From positions 5,455 to 69,454 of IMG/VR virus record IMGVR_UViG_3300042923_000253: a stretch of DNA of 64,000 nt; one strand, given 5' to 3'. Both the position numbers and the translations under genes were made by a program. The notes under the pieces are model-generated. The model had not been told where the DNA came from, ran no database searches, and saw only the letters and a program-made list of their open reading frames with translations. Below are positions 39,303 through 49,336 of the stretch, in pieces (position 1 is the stretch's first letter; the number at the start of each line of letters is the position of its first letter). Source of the stretch: a virus.

Positions 39303-40025
39303 CTATCTTAAATCAACAAACTGGTTGTCTATGATCTTCATTTCATTCTCTCTTGCAAATTTCTCAAGTCTATGTTTAAGCTTATCTATTGCCTGTACCA
39401 CATTCTGCTGTGAGCATCCACCCCAAATCCTTGCTATCTCCTTGATGTAATTATTGACGTTCGGGTTATCACGTATACCGTTCTTTATCAGTATGTAAAC
39501 TTGATATACGTTCGTATTTGGATCTAATGTCTTCTCAAATGTCTCCAGCATCATCTCTGATACGACATCTATATCAAACTCCTTGTTGTCTTCGACATTC
39601 ATCAGAGTTATCTCGTCATAATCGTTTGTCTCTCTAGTTACTATATGATGGCTACCACACTTCTTACATATGTAGTTATTCCCGACCCTATTCAATCTAG
39701 TGACATAACCACATTCCTCACATATCTGTGTAGTACCTTGCAGTATATGTTTTCTAAGGTAAGACCTGACCCTATATACTCCCTGTTGGATGATATATTC
39801 TGTTGGGTCACCTATATCCAATCTCGCCCTACCAATGTTGAGTGCGATGCCTATCATGAATTCTTGCATCAAGTCTTCATCTTCTACTTGTCTATTTTTG
39901 TGTAGGTACCTACCAATACGTCTTCTCATGTAATTATCCTTGATGTAGATGATCAGTTGTTCCTCTGCTATTTTATCACCACTCTGCGCCAACTTCAATA
40001 ATCCGTTGCAATAATCATTCGTCAT
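39303..40025 (-). CDS. Sigma70-like transcription factor with internal zinc ribbon
   Basis: L..AQ.GD..A.E.LI, EDL.QE..IG (region 2), CEEC...CKKC insertion, C-terminal HTH EIA...G.SQQ.V. Confidence 0.7.
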   Translation of the reverse strand: MTNDYCNGLLKLAQSGDKIAEEQLIIYIKDNYMRRRIGRYLHKNRQVEDEDLMQEFMIGIALNIGRARLDIGDPTEYIIQQGVYRVRSYLRKHILQGTTQICEECGYVTRLNRVGNNYICKKCGSHHIVTRETNDYDEITLMNVEDNKEFDIDVVSEMMLETFEKTLDPNTNVYQVYILIKNGIRDNPNVNNYIKEIARIWGGCSQQNVVQAIDKLKHRLEKFARENEMKIIDNQFVDLR

Positions 40026-40072
40026 TTCATTAGATCCTCCTTAGTGTGTTGTTGCTGTTGCCTCTTTCTTCT

Positions 40073-40102
40073 ATTATACCACATCGAGGCACCGACTGTC
40101 AA
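40073..40102 (-). promoter_or_regulatory. sigmaA promoter (extended -10) upstream of the sigma-like gene
   Basis: TTGACA-N18-TATAAT with TG. Confidence 0.9.
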
Positions 40103-40125
40103 TATAAAACCTATATGACAATACC

Positions 40126-40686
40126 CTAGCTATTGGACTTGACCACTTTATTGATATTAGTCACGTTGAAATTAAACTCTGTGTTATTATATATGAAAAC
40201 TTTAGGTCTACATGCCTGACCACTTCTAATCTCAGCACGAACCTTAAATCTGATATTGTATTGTTTTAGTAAGACTTCGAAGTCAACTGTTGCATCTTTA
40301 ATATATTTGTCCTTATATCTGTCGATACTATGTTCTATGTCATTCTGTGTCATATTAAACTCGTATGTATCGCCTACTACACCTGTTATATAATCCTTAC
40401 ATTTATTTCTGAATTCGCTAATTGTATATTTAATCGATGTCGCCTCGGTCTTCGGTTCATAATAGAAGCCTTTAATTCCGCCATTATCGAGCAGATTTAT
40501 TACGACATCCTTACAGTACATCTGGTATGCTTTCACTGATACACCAGATTCCTCAAATGACTCTATATGGAGTTCATCATCGGTCAAAGATCCTAATAAT
40601 TGGTTCGTACGGTATAGTGATATTTTGGTATCGTTATCTTTCGTATCTACACTAACCGTTATCTTGTTAACTCTAATACCTTCCAT
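40126..40686 (-). CDS. Early paralog family member 4 (divergent)
   Basis: R.NK..., LYRT., I.SGQ..RPK shared with three other ORFs. Confidence 0.65.
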   Translation of the reverse strand: MEGIRVNKITVSVDTKDNDTKISLYRTNQLLGSLTDDELHIESFEESGVSVKAYQMYCKDVVINLLDNGGIKGFYYEPKTEATSIKYTISEFRNKCKDYITGVVGDTYEFNMTQNDIEHSIDRYKDKYIKDATVDFEVLLKQYNIRFKVRAEIRSGQACRPKVFIYNNTEFNFNVTNINKVVKSNS

Positions 40687-40865
40687 TATGCTTCCTCCCA
40701 AAGTTCACCCTCGCATTTATTGAAGTTTTCATTTGGTACATAATTATCGATAATTAATGCTGGTATCTCATATGCATCGCAAATATGATCTCCCTCGCCT
40801 ATTGGTAGACAATGCTCACAATGATTACAACAGTAATTTTCACTTGTATTTATTTTTCTACCCAT
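40686..40865 (-). CDS. Small Cys-rich protein
   Basis: GGAGG RBS; CCNHCEHC.PIGEGDHICD. Confidence 0.55.
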   Translation of the reverse strand: MGRKINTSENYCCNHCEHCLPIGEGDHICDAYEIPALIIDNYVPNENFNKCEGELWEEA

Positions 40866-40887
40866 ACTTCCTCCATGATACAGATTG

Positions 40888-40911
40888 GGTGGGTGTAAAT
40901 AACCACCCACC
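40888..40911 (-). terminator. Hairpin after a highly expressed-looking gene
   Basis: GGTGGGTG-N8-CACCCACC; no U tract. Confidence 0.45.
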
Positions 40912-40924
40912 ACACTGTAATTAA

Positions 40925-41698
40925 TTATTCAGCTTGACCAGCAGATTCCTCTGTGGTGGCTGTCTCGTCAGCAACTTCTGCTGTAGCAACAGGTTTCTCG
41001 ATCTTAGGAAGTAATCCTTTTTCGATGAGAAGTGTCTTGATACCAGTCATAGTGATAGCAACTGTATCTGCTAATTCACGAGGTTTCTTTAACTGACCAG
41101 AAACTACTGTAACAATACCAGTGGTCTCATAGTTATTGCCAGCAACTGCGAATACTACAGGGTATGTGACCGTAGCATATTTGATTGATCCGTCGCCATA
41201 GGATTCTGTGATCTCTGAAGTTCCGTCGCCGATACCGAACTGAACCTGTGTACCCTCTGCAAGGTGACCAGCTTTAACCATATTGGTAATAACGTTGTTC
41301 TGAACCTTTTCTAGAGATTCCCCGATAATCTTGTCGAGCATCTTCTTAGAGAACTCTAATACGTTGGAAGCGTCATACTTGTTAGGGAATTTGAACTCGT
41401 CAGCACGTCTATCAACTGGATCATATAGTATGCCAAATGTGGATGCATTCACTGTCAAGAAGATCTTGAATGCCTCAAGTTTCTGTTGTGCAGTAATAGG
41501 TGCTTCATCAGTACCCTCTGCGAATTTGAAACCAGTAGCAATAACTACTTCATCGGTTGATGCTACTTCGGAAATCTTATCATGAGTTCTGTAGAAAACA
41601 CCTACTGCAACTCCCTCACCTTTCCAATATGCTGTAACTTTGTTCGATCTTACTAATGCTACCTTAGGATCGTTCTCTTGTAATTCTTTTCTTGACAT
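40925..41698 (-). CDS. Early paralog family member 3
   Basis: RSNKV, FYRTH, E.F....NA..FG, VSGQLKKP; acidic tail. Confidence 0.8.
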   Translation of the reverse strand: MSRKELQENDPKVALVRSNKVTAYWKGEGVAVGVFYRTHDKISEVASTDEVVIATGFKFAEGTDEAPITAQQKLEAFKIFLTVNASTFGILYDPVDRRADEFKFPNKYDASNVLEFSKKMLDKIIGESLEKVQNNVITNMVKAGHLAEGTQVQFGIGDGTSEITESYGDGSIKYATVTYPVVFAVAGNNYETTGIVTVVSGQLKKPRELADTVAITMTGIKTLLIEKGLLPKIEKPVATAEVADETATTEESAGQAE

Positions 41699-41866
41699 TT
41701 TAATGTCCTCCTTATAATTTGTGTTTAGTTTCTATGATATCCTCCATTGGAGGCTTTCACTCTGAGTATTGTGTAGTCCAATCCTTCAAATAAATCCCTA
41801 TCTCTTTACAATTTATCTCTTTTTATTAGAGTAGCATTCGATAGGGACTTACTTGTCGGCTCTATG

Positions 41867-41928
41867 CAATACGATAAGCTTTTTGAAGCTTTTCAAAAGA
41901 AAAACAGATATAAATAAGAAAAAATAAG
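41867..41928. repeat. ~62-bp A/T-tract element, copy 1 (inverted relative to copy 2)
   Basis: Near-identical to the reverse complement of 55541-55603. Confidence 0.85.
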
Positions 41929-41933
41929 CCGAA

Positions 41934-42266
41934 TTATTCTTCACTACCTCTGGTTATATCACAAATGAAGCTGTGATACATTGCCTGATCCTCTGCTGAC
42001 GGTGTGCCTACTGATTTCTGATACTTGGTCATTATATTATCCATCAATTTTCTGGCTCTTTCTCCCTCTGGAGTCGCACCATCAACATTCTTATAGCAAT
42101 CGAGTACTGCATGAGCCAATCTCATTTGGTCATTCTTGATACTCTTACTAAGGTCTGATGTAAGAGATTTTCTTAATGGTTCTTTGGTAACTGTAGTACC
42201 CTGTAATTCTGCCAAAATCTGTTGCACATTCATTTTCTCACCATTTGCTGTGTAAACTTTACCCAT
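41934..42266 (-). CDS. Hypothetical protein
   Basis: GAGG RBS. Confidence 0.6.
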   Translation of the reverse strand: MGKVYTANGEKMNVQQILAELQGTTVTKEPLRKSLTSDLSKSIKNDQMRLAHAVLDCYKNVDGATPEGERARKLMDNIMTKYQKSVGTPSAEDQAMYHSFICDITRGSEE

Positions 42267-42293
42267 AATCTTTTCCTCCTTAGGATTCTCTCA

Positions 42294-42524
42294 TTAGAGT
42301 AGGTCAATAACATTGTTATTGCCTTCAAATTCCTTAATAAATATTACATTCATTGTGTCGCCATCTTCGTCTGTGCATGCCATAATCCTATGTGTGGATT
42401 CTTCTGGTATACAAATAACGTAGCAACCCTCATTACCATCCCATTTAACCGAGTAAATACCATCAACTCTCATAATTGGGCATAACACGCATGTGTCAAC
42501 ACTAATTTTGTCACCAACGTTCAT
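42294..42524 (-). CDS. Hypothetical protein
   Basis: AGGTGG RBS. Confidence 0.55.
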   Translation of the reverse strand: MNVGDKISVDTCVLCPIMRVDGIYSVKWDGNEGCYVICIPEESTHRIMACTDEDGDTMNVIFIKEFEGNNNVIDLL

Positions 42525-42648
42525 CTAATCTCACCACCTTTCGTATTTACACGTTTGTATGTTTGATGCTCGTTTCTATGTTAATTATGTATTAGCGTGC
42601 ATTTACCGCTTGGGTGCTTACACGCTATATAACAAGTGAAGCCGACTG

Positions 42649-43164
42649 TTATTGATTTTGACGTTTGTATTCTGTCAGTGCTATCTTATTTAACTTGGCT
42701 GTAATTCCATCAGATTGTTTGGTCAATTTGAGCATCTTTTCCTCTATCTTCAACATTTGACCCATTAATTCATTTTTGCTTTCAGATAGTTCCGCTATCT
42801 TTGATTCATATAATTTACTGTTTACGTCCGCATTTGTACCACCGATTTGTGATGTGTAATCCTTGTCAGCATTCTGGTTACGTATGCTTCTCACTATTTC
42901 GTTATATTTATCCTGTAACATGTCGTGCTTATTCATTTGCTGTAGTATCTGTGCGTTGTATACCTCTTGTAGTTGCTTGAGTGTTTGTATTTCCGACACT
43001 AACATTGGGTCTGTGAATTCTATCTCTACGGTGTATTTCTTACTGATTGGTTTGGCATTTCTATTTGCAGTATTTGCTATACCTCTATTAATCCCTAATA
43101 TTAGTCCAATGCCACCACACACCAATAATGTTCCACCGACCATATTGTACAATTCACTAAGCAT
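42649..43164 (-). CDS. Membrane-anchored coiled-coil protein
   Basis: N-terminal TM segment and a long heptad pattern; GAGGAG RBS. Confidence 0.6.
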   Translation of the reverse strand: MLSELYNMVGGTLLVCGGIGLILGINRGIANTANRNAKPISKKYTVEIEFTDPMLVSEIQTLKQLQEVYNAQILQQMNKHDMLQDKYNEIVRSIRNQNADKDYTSQIGGTNADVNSKLYESKIAELSESKNELMGQMLKIEEKMLKLTKQSDGITAKLNKIALTEYKRQNQ

Positions 43165-43330
43165 ATTATTCACTCCTCGATAGTGCGTCATCTAGTATAT
43201 CTAGTATACGAAACCTGTTACTTGCCATGAATCTATCAATTATCTCATCTATGTTCTGTTTCTCTATTTCTGATCCTGATATGAGAGCATTGACAGCTAA
43301 TGACTTCAATTCCTGTACTTTCTCCAGCAT

Positions 43331-43729
43331 CTAATTACCTCCTGTTACTAAATTGTCCTTTAATACTTTGATTATTTCTTCATGTAACCAATTGTCGAAC
43401 TTCACGATATTGAATACTTTACTCCTATCGATATTGCTATTATATTTTGCTACTGCCTCATTATATCTGTCGATCAGATCATTATCTTTAATAATCTTCT
43501 CTGCAAGCTGTGTAGTATTGAGTAGTAATGGGTTATGCATTGCACGGCTCGTGTATTTCTCCCATTCTCTCGACTTCATACATTCGTCTTGTACGTCCTC
43601 AACCAATTCCTCTGCTGTCCATTCACCATCGAGTGTATATCTTACGAATGGTTGGTACATTGCTATCTCCTCACATTTAATAGCAAATTCATCCTCGAAT
43701 GCATGGTCTAATTCGAATATATCACCCAC
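43331..43729 (-). CDS. Hypothetical protein
   Basis: AAGGAGG RBS before GTG. Confidence 0.55.
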   Translation of the reverse strand: MGDIFELDHAFEDEFAIKCEEIAMYQPFVRYTLDGEWTAEELVEDVQDECMKSREWEKYTSRAMHNPLLLNTTQLAEKIIKDNDLIDRYNEAVAKYNSNIDRSKVFNIVKFDNWLHEEIIKVLKDNLVTGGN

Positions 43730-44073
43730 TAGGCTTCCCTCCTTTCGTATACTTCATGCTCAGCCATCTGTGTTATCATCTGTTTCCATCCACAGTATCC
43801 AAGTTCATTGTATGTATCCATGATCCCATGGAGTGAGAATGACTGTACTAGAAACTCGTGTATCTCTTCGTCTGGTGAGTTGGTGTAGTTTACACCACGT
43901 ACTATCTGCTTAATTTTTCTTATTAGATCTCTCTGGGTACGTTTCCCGTCCTTAGTCCTTTCGTCTAGATTTCTGACCTCTAATAATTTTACGAAATGGA
44001 ACTGTATTACTTCTGCTGTCTGTGCCATCTGATCTTTATCCTCCGTATTTGTGTGTTGGTATTCAATTGTCAA
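43729..44073 (-). CDS. Hypothetical protein
   Basis: GAGG RBS before TTG; coupled. Confidence 0.5.
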   Translation of the reverse strand: MTIEYQHTNTEDKDQMAQTAEVIQFHFVKLLEVRNLDERTKDGKRTQRDLIRKIKQIVRGVNYTNSPDEEIHEFLVQSFSLHGIMDTYNELGYCGWKQMITQMAEHEVYERREA

Positions 44074-44165
44074 CGTCCTCGCCTGTCCATTCTAATGTGT
44101 CACTTGTCATGTGTGTTCCTACCGTTTGTATAGCGGTCTGTGGGTGCGTTAGTAATTCTGACTTC

Positions 44166-44432
44166 TTATGATATCTCAAGTCCTCCAGCATCGTATAGAC
44201 CACTTGGATATACATCCTTTATCTCGGTAATGACTGTATTATATTCTGCCTTACCACATTTAGGACATTTGTACCACTTTCTACCTCTCCCATTGATACC
44301 TATACTAACATATTTTCTACGTTCATCTCTATTAACGCATAATTCCTTGGTTACATTATCCCATTCATTCTGTGTTGATATTTCACCACATGCTGGACAT
44401 TTGAAATATCTATCATTTGTATTTACCACCAC
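44166..44432 (-). CDS. Zinc-ribbon protein
   Basis: CPACG...CPKCG. Confidence 0.6.
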   Translation of the reverse strand: MVVNTNDRYFKCPACGEISTQNEWDNVTKELCVNRDERRKYVSIGINGRGRKWYKCPKCGKAEYNTVITEIKDVYPSGLYDAGGLEIS

Positions 44433-44686
44433 TTACCCCTCCTCTTCTTATCTGTACCTTTGGTACAAATTGTCGATACTACTGCCAATACGAACAAGAA
44501 TGCTATTACTACACCCATGTTATACTCCCTTCTTTCTAATTACTGCCAATTGGGCATTCATCAGTACCAGTAAAATTATTATGGCGTACATGCCTTGTTG
44601 TAATGTTATAACTGGCATATTCATTCCTCCTTTCTGTATTGGTACTTATGGAGTGGCACCAGTAATCTGATGCCCTACCATCAATA

Positions 44687-45547
44687 TCAATTCTTCTTAC
44701 CGAGCACCTTACGTTGTCTTCCAGATTTATTCTCGATCTTGGTATCTACAACCTCTGGTTGTGGGTCTTCGTCGATAGACATATCATCTGCAATATATTC
44801 ATTGGTCACACTAGGTTTCACGTCCTCCGCCACAATCTCCTCAACTTTCAATTTAGGTTCCTCCTTGACCTCTGGCTTAGATGCTTCCTTAGGAGGATCT
44901 AATTCCTCTGCTGTCGCAAGACCAGCATTAATTATTTCATTCTTGATATCTTCCGTGAATGCTGTGATGGTAAGTTTAGGTTTTTTGAGTTGCCCAGATA
45001 CCAGTTCGACACCCATGTTATAATATACTTCCTCTTCCTTATAGGTGATAATTGCGATAGTCTTGATGTTTGCCCATGCCCAATTACCAGACTTCTCATA
45101 TTTACCATCCACGATACCAAGTCCACTGAGTAGAGTACCCTTACTGGTCTTCTGCATCGGAACTATTTCGTCCACATCTACTGACTTGAGTGTGATGCCA
45201 TACTTACATTTGTTGACCATCTCCTGTACATCTGGAGTAATCATAGTCAGCACATCTGCCGACAACTGCCCATCATTCTCATATTTTGGCGATCTCCTAT
45301 TCGCCTCGTCTTGCAGATTATCTGGCTTCCATTCGATCCCGAATATATCAGCATTCTTGATTACGTAGCCTCTGAATGACTCCCTCTCACCAGTCTTGGT
45401 GGAATCTGCTGGCTTCTCCCATGCTGTCTCAGCATCTGTGATTGTGGATATCTTCTTGTGTGTTCTGTAGAAGTCTGCAACGTATCTGCCATCCTCGCCC
45501 AATTTCACTGTAACCTTATTCGCTCTAACCAATTTTTTCTCTTCCAT
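44687..45547 (-). CDS. Early paralog family member 2
   Basis: RANKV, ADFYRTH, RESFR..V.KNADIFG, GNWAWA, VSGQLKKP. Start set by the promoter at 45611 and AAGGAGG RBS. Confidence 0.8.
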   Translation of the reverse strand: MEEKKLVRANKVTVKLGEDGRYVADFYRTHKKISTITDAETAWEKPADSTKTGERESFRGYVIKNADIFGIEWKPDNLQDEANRRSPKYENDGQLSADVLTMITPDVQEMVNKCKYGITLKSVDVDEIVPMQKTSKGTLLSGLGIVDGKYEKSGNWAWANIKTIAIITYKEEEVYYNMGVELVSGQLKKPKLTITAFTEDIKNEIINAGLATAEELDPPKEASKPEVKEEPKLKVEEIVAEDVKPSVTNEYIADDMSIDEDPQPEVVDTKIENKSGRQRKVLGKKN

Positions 45548-45610
45548 TTGTATTTCCTCCTTAATATTTGTGGGTCGGCTCACCGCCCTTTGTTGTTGTG
45601 TCCTAAAACC

Positions 45611-45640
45611 ATTATACCACACTGACGGTATCAGTGTCAA
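45611..45640 (-). promoter_or_regulatory. sigmaA promoter (extended -10)
   Basis: TTGACA-N18-TATAAT, TG, followed by GGTTTTAGGAC. Confidence 0.9.
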
Positions 45641-45641
45641 T

Positions 45642-45890
45642 CTAATATTTACTAGGTAATTCGATCGAACATCCACTCACACTACCAACTATCTCTTCGA
45701 TGTTGATGTGGTATCCTACTTCTTCTACCCTCGATACATTGAACGTGTATCCCTCACTTGATGGAAACTTCTCCATTAGTACAGGTAGCTTTCCCTTAAG
45801 ATCTGCCAGTGATGTTATACTTCTCGGTGCGGTAGCTATGTAGTGCCTACCATTTAGTGCGATGTTTACATCGTAGTACATTTGTAACAC
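45642..45890 (-). CDS. Hypothetical protein
   Basis: YY..N.ALNG.HY.ATA..S motif; RBS. Confidence 0.6.
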   Translation of the reverse strand: MLQMYYDVNIALNGRHYIATAPRSITSLADLKGKLPVLMEKFPSSEGYTFNVSRVEEVGYHINIEEIVGSVSGCSIELPSKY

Positions 45891-46087
45891 CTCCTATTTC
45901 CTATCCATTCCTTACATCTCTCAAGTGCATCTCCATTACCATTACCAGCGGTGAAAAGTGTTCTCCAGTAGGTTCCTTGGTATACCCTAAACATCGATGC
46001 GTATACCGTGGATTTCGTTTCCGTTACGAAATACTCGTCTCTGACGAACACTACCTCACCATTCTTTGTTTGATCACCTATCTTCAT
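45866..46087 (-). CDS. Hypothetical protein
   Basis: GAAAGG RBS. Confidence 0.5.
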   Translation of the reverse strand: MKIGDQTKNGEVVFVRDEYFVTETKSTVYASMFRVYQGTYWRTLFTAGNGNGDALERCKEWIGNRRCYKCTTM

Positions 46088-46129
46088 TAGTACCTTTCTT
46101 CCCTAAACTCTGGGAGCCGAGTATTTAAT

Positions 46130-46172
46130 GATCGGGATGGGACTCGAACCCATCCAAACTCACCATACGACC
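46130..46172 (-). ncRNA. tRNA-elbow-like element A
   Basis: GGTCG-TATGGTGAGTTT-GGATGGG-TTCGAGT-CCCATCC-CGATC (5+7 bp, 7-nt T-loop). Confidence 0.65.
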
Positions 46173-46366
46173 TAGTATTCAGCTATCATACCATTATCAT
46201 CGATTATAGCCATAAGATTACTATCCATTATAATCCATCCATGATATATTCCCTTGTCTGTTGCAAATCCGAATGGTTCAACATCCGCTCCCAATTCGAA
46301 TTGTACTACTATTGCATCGCCATCATCACCAGTTGCTAATCCATATACTAAATACTTGTAATCCAT
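46172..46366 (-). CDS. Hypothetical acidic protein
   Basis: AGGAGG RBS downstream of the promoter at 46415. Confidence 0.6.
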   Translation of the reverse strand: MDYKYLVYGLATGDDGDAIVVQFELGADVEPFGFATDKGIYHGWIIMDSNLMAIIDDNGMIAEY

Positions 46367-46414
46367 ATCAAATTCCTCCTGTTGGACTGGCTCATTGTCC
46401 GTTGTCCTAATACC

Positions 46415-46444
46415 ATTATAACACATCAGCTATATTGCTGTCAA
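46415..46444 (-). promoter_or_regulatory. sigmaA promoter (extended -10)
   Basis: TTGACA-N18-TATAAT, TG, followed by GGTATTAGGAC. Confidence 0.9.
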
Positions 46445-46460
46445 GTATAATATTTCCTAA

Positions 46461-46823
46461 TTACTTATGGCTATCTAATATCACATCCAACTTCTTCAAT
46501 ATTTCCTGTATATCCCTGTGATGTTCTATATATTCTGGGCAAGTCGGTGATGCTATATCCTTACCCCATACTAGATCCCTCAATTCCTCTAGTTCGGCAC
46601 GTAGTGATTCATCCATAATTACCTCATATTTATTGAACAATGCCTCACATGAATAAGTATCAAATGATAATGAGTATTCGACACATTTGCCATCATTGTC
46701 ATATACGCTATATTCGCGACCTTCTAATTCTGGATGTGATGTTAGTATATTATCGACATCCTCCTGTGTGTTGATATCGAATTCCTTTACCTCTTCATTA
46801 TAATATATTTTCAATTCGTACAT
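46461..46823 (-). CDS. Hypothetical acidic protein
   Basis: AGGAGG RBS. Confidence 0.6.
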   Translation of the reverse strand: MYELKIYYNEEVKEFDINTQEDVDNILTSHPELEGREYSVYDNDGKCVEYSLSFDTYSCEALFNKYEVIMDESLRAELEELRDLVWGKDIASPTCPEYIEHHRDIQEILKKLDVILDSHK

Positions 46824-46833
46824 TTATACCCTC

Positions 46834-47013
46834 CTATTTCTTGCGCTTCTCTATTATAAGATCCTCTATGTCCTTAATCTTCCATATCTTCCTCATTGAT
46901 AATTCATCATATATCTCATGTGCCATATTTAAATTGAAGTCTAGTCCATTCTCAACCATCACATCCCTAATTGTTCCCATTAGGAACGGTTCTCTGAATT
47001 TCTGCTGTGCCAT
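46834..47013 (-). CDS. 59-aa hypothetical protein (not in ORF track)
   Basis: GGAGG RBS; MAQQKFREPFLMGTIRDVMVE... Confidence 0.5.
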   Translation of the reverse strand: MAQQKFREPFLMGTIRDVMVENGLDFNLNMAHEIYDELSMRKIWKIKDIEDLIIEKRKK

Positions 47014-47109
47014 CTGTTACCTCCAATTCTCCACTACATGTGGTACCTGTCCAACATGAACATTGTTCGCATGTCGGATGGATGCACTCTAATTCTTCGT
47101 ATGCCATTC

Positions 47110-47418
47110 TTAGATCCTTCCAACGTTCGAATTCTTCTTCGCTATCTTCTGCAATTCCTTGACCATATCATCACTTGACATTTCACCATTCTCACGCTTA
47201 ATGAATACTGCTAATACGGTATTGCCTCCATCTTCATTTGGTGACCATCTCTCATTAAGATCCTTAACCATCATCTTGTGTGCATCCTCCAATTTCTTTG
47301 CCACCACATCAAGACCAACATCCTTAAGTGTCTGGATTCCCTCGTACATTCTGCCAAGATGAAACTCCATTCTACCTGTTGTATCTCCCTTAACCTCTGT
47401 CCATGTTGTATCTGCCAT
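47110..47418 (-). CDS. Hypothetical protein
   Basis: AAGGAGG RBS downstream of the promoter at 47478. Confidence 0.65.
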   Translation of the reverse strand: MADTTWTEVKGDTTGRMEFHLGRMYEGIQTLKDVGLDVVAKKLEDAHKMMVKDLNERWSPNEDGGNTVLAVFIKRENGEMSSDDMVKELQKIAKKNSNVGRI

Positions 47419-47477
47419 CTTAATTTCCTCCTTAGAATTGTATGTTGTGACCGAGCCTCTCGCCCTGTCCTAAAACC

Positions 47478-47507
47478 ATTATACCACATCGAGCCTATTC
47501 GTGTCAA
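47478..47507 (-). promoter_or_regulatory. sigmaA promoter (extended -10)
   Basis: TTGACA-N18-TATAAT, TG, followed by GGTTTTAGGAC. Confidence 0.9.
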
Positions 47508-47525
47508 TATAGGATCTCTTAACTA

Positions 47526-48056
47526 CTATAGCTCATTATTCCTAATCTTCTTGATCCACTGTGCCAGTATTTCAATCCTTGCTACTTCCTCTTCATACTC
47601 TACTAGATATTGATCCTTATTGCTATAGCAGTATCTGTTATGCTTTGCCATTTCTAGATCTTCATGTAGTATCGCCAACCTCCTTACCCTATCCACGTGG
47701 TATTTGAACCAGAACTCCAGTGCTCTATTACCTATACAACCAAGTGATTCACCAACCTCTTCACCATCTTTATCGTAAGCCACGATATCATATGTTGGTA
47801 GTTCCTTAATTAGCTTTGTATTCCATCCATCATATTTCTGCTTCTCGGATTGGTGTGATACCACTATCCACCCACCCTTAATCGATATACTTCTGTCTGG
47901 TTGTATCACGTACATTGGATTGACAATTATATGTGCTTGATTGTCTGCATCCAGTGTCCTACATGTATCATTGTCACAAACCCATTCTCCATCGACTGTG
48001 GTTATCCCATCATTTTCGTCGATCATCTTACCGCATTCCATACATCTGTATTCCAT
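47526..48056 (-). CDS. Hypothetical protein with N-terminal zinc finger
   Basis: CMECG...CDNDTC; GAAAGG RBS. Confidence 0.6.
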   Translation of the reverse strand: MEYRCMECGKMIDENDGITTVDGEWVCDNDTCRTLDADNQAHIIVNPMYVIQPDRSISIKGGWIVVSHQSEKQKYDGWNTKLIKELPTYDIVAYDKDGEEVGESLGCIGNRALEFWFKYHVDRVRRLAILHEDLEMAKHNRYCYSNKDQYLVEYEEEVARIEILAQWIKKIRNNEL

Positions 48057-48112
48057 TTGTATCCTTTCATCCCTATCTCTGGGAGCCGAGTATTTACGGA
48101 CACTTGTCCGAG

Positions 48113-48155
48113 TGGTTGGAGGAGAGTCGGACTCCTCCTATGCACCATGCAACCA
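48113..48155 (-). ncRNA. tRNA-elbow-like element B
   Basis: TGGTTG-CATGGTGCATAG-GAGGAG-TCCGACT-CTCCTC-CAACCA (6+6 bp). Confidence 0.6.
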
Positions 48156-48156
48156 A

Positions 48157-48372
48157 TTAACTGATATATTCCATCACTCCCTCTGATGTTCTGAATACTC
48201 TATATACCTCTGTATTACCGTGTGTGAATACCTCATATTCACCGTTATTCATATAAGGATTCCATGTGATGTGATACCACTTGTCTGTATTCGCACCTAC
48301 CTCCAGTGAATCTATCTGCTGGCATACCTCCAACGATAACATATCGATCATAATCTTAATCGCATTATTCAT
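48157..48372 (-). CDS. Hypothetical protein
   Basis: AGGAGG RBS downstream of the promoter at 48416. Confidence 0.6.
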   Translation of the reverse strand: MNNAIKIMIDMLSLEVCQQIDSLEVGANTDKWYHITWNPYMNNGEYEVFTHGNTEVYRVFRTSEGVMEYIS

Positions 48373-48415
48373 AATTCCTACCTCCTATTGATCGGCTGTC
48401 TGCTGATCTACCTCC

Positions 48416-48445
48416 ATTATACCACATTTGATACCCTCCTGTCAA
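48416..48445 (-). promoter_or_regulatory. sigmaA promoter (extended -10)
   Basis: TTGACA-N18-TATAAT with TG. Confidence 0.9.
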
Positions 48446-48465
48446 GTACCTATTCATCCAGTATT

Positions 48466-48918
48466 CTAATCGAACATCTTTTGTGCCATTTCATTGATCG
48501 CATCTACTATATCTAGATATTCCTTGAGTTGCATCTTGTCGATTATTATATCTTTTAGTATTTCTACTATTCCAGTGCCAACATCGTCTATATTCATTCT
48601 GCCAGCAAGTTCAAAGTATAACCAATTCACTTGGGTAACGGATAGTTCGACCATTATCTTACTGTCGATATGATACTTGTCCCATACTTCATCATCGATC
48701 TCTCTTATCTTTTCTAGGATTATCCCAGATGCTGTCCTTAGATCATCGTCTGATAATCCTCCATCCATTCCATTTCTCTTGAGCCAGTCCATACCATCTT
48801 CCACTGTATCTATGCCCACTGGTCTCTCACCATTCTTGGCTAGATTTACCACATAGTCATAATCCTCATGCTTGTACACATCCACTACTTGAGTTACTAA
48901 ACTATTTATTGCATCCAT
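48466..48918 (-). CDS. Hypothetical acidic protein
   Basis: GGAGG RBS. Confidence 0.6.
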   Translation of the reverse strand: MDAINSLVTQVVDVYKHEDYDYVVNLAKNGERPVGIDTVEDGMDWLKRNGMDGGLSDDDLRTASGIILEKIREIDDEVWDKYHIDSKIMVELSVTQVNWLYFELAGRMNIDDVGTGIVEILKDIIIDKMQLKEYLDIVDAINEMAQKMFD

Positions 48919-48919
48919 T

Positions 48920-49336
48920 CTATTTACCCTCCATCTTTTCTAGTGCCTCGACGAATACATCCAGCAGTATGCTATAGAGGCATTCTATCATTTTATCATC
49001 TTCGATGTATTCTTCTATTAGTCCATCAACCTCTGCTATGCAATTCTTAAACATATAACCTTCTCTTATTAGGTCCTCTATGTCGCCATCTCCTGTCTGT
49101 AGCATTTCATTGATCGCATCCAGATCCATACGGTAGAAACCTCCGTCATTTGCCTGTTGGTATGCCACCCAATTCTTAATCACAATACGTTGAGCGATGA
49201 ACTTTGGATTTAGCATGTTATCCAATGCCTCTAAGAGGTCTTCCTCTTCTGGGCATTCCCACGTCCTAAACCATTCGCTGATGTACTCAATCTGTTCCTC
49301 ATTAAGATTCTTTGATTTGTATCCTCTGTCTGCCAT
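48920..49336 (-). CDS. Highly acidic hypothetical protein
   Basis: AAGGAGG RBS; D/E-rich. Confidence 0.65.
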   Translation of the reverse strand: MADRGYKSKNLNEEQIEYISEWFRTWECPEEEDLLEALDNMLNPKFIAQRIVIKNWVAYQQANDGGFYRMDLDAINEMLQTGDGDIEDLIREGYMFKNCIAEVDGLIEEYIEDDKMIECLYSILLDVFVEALEKMEGK

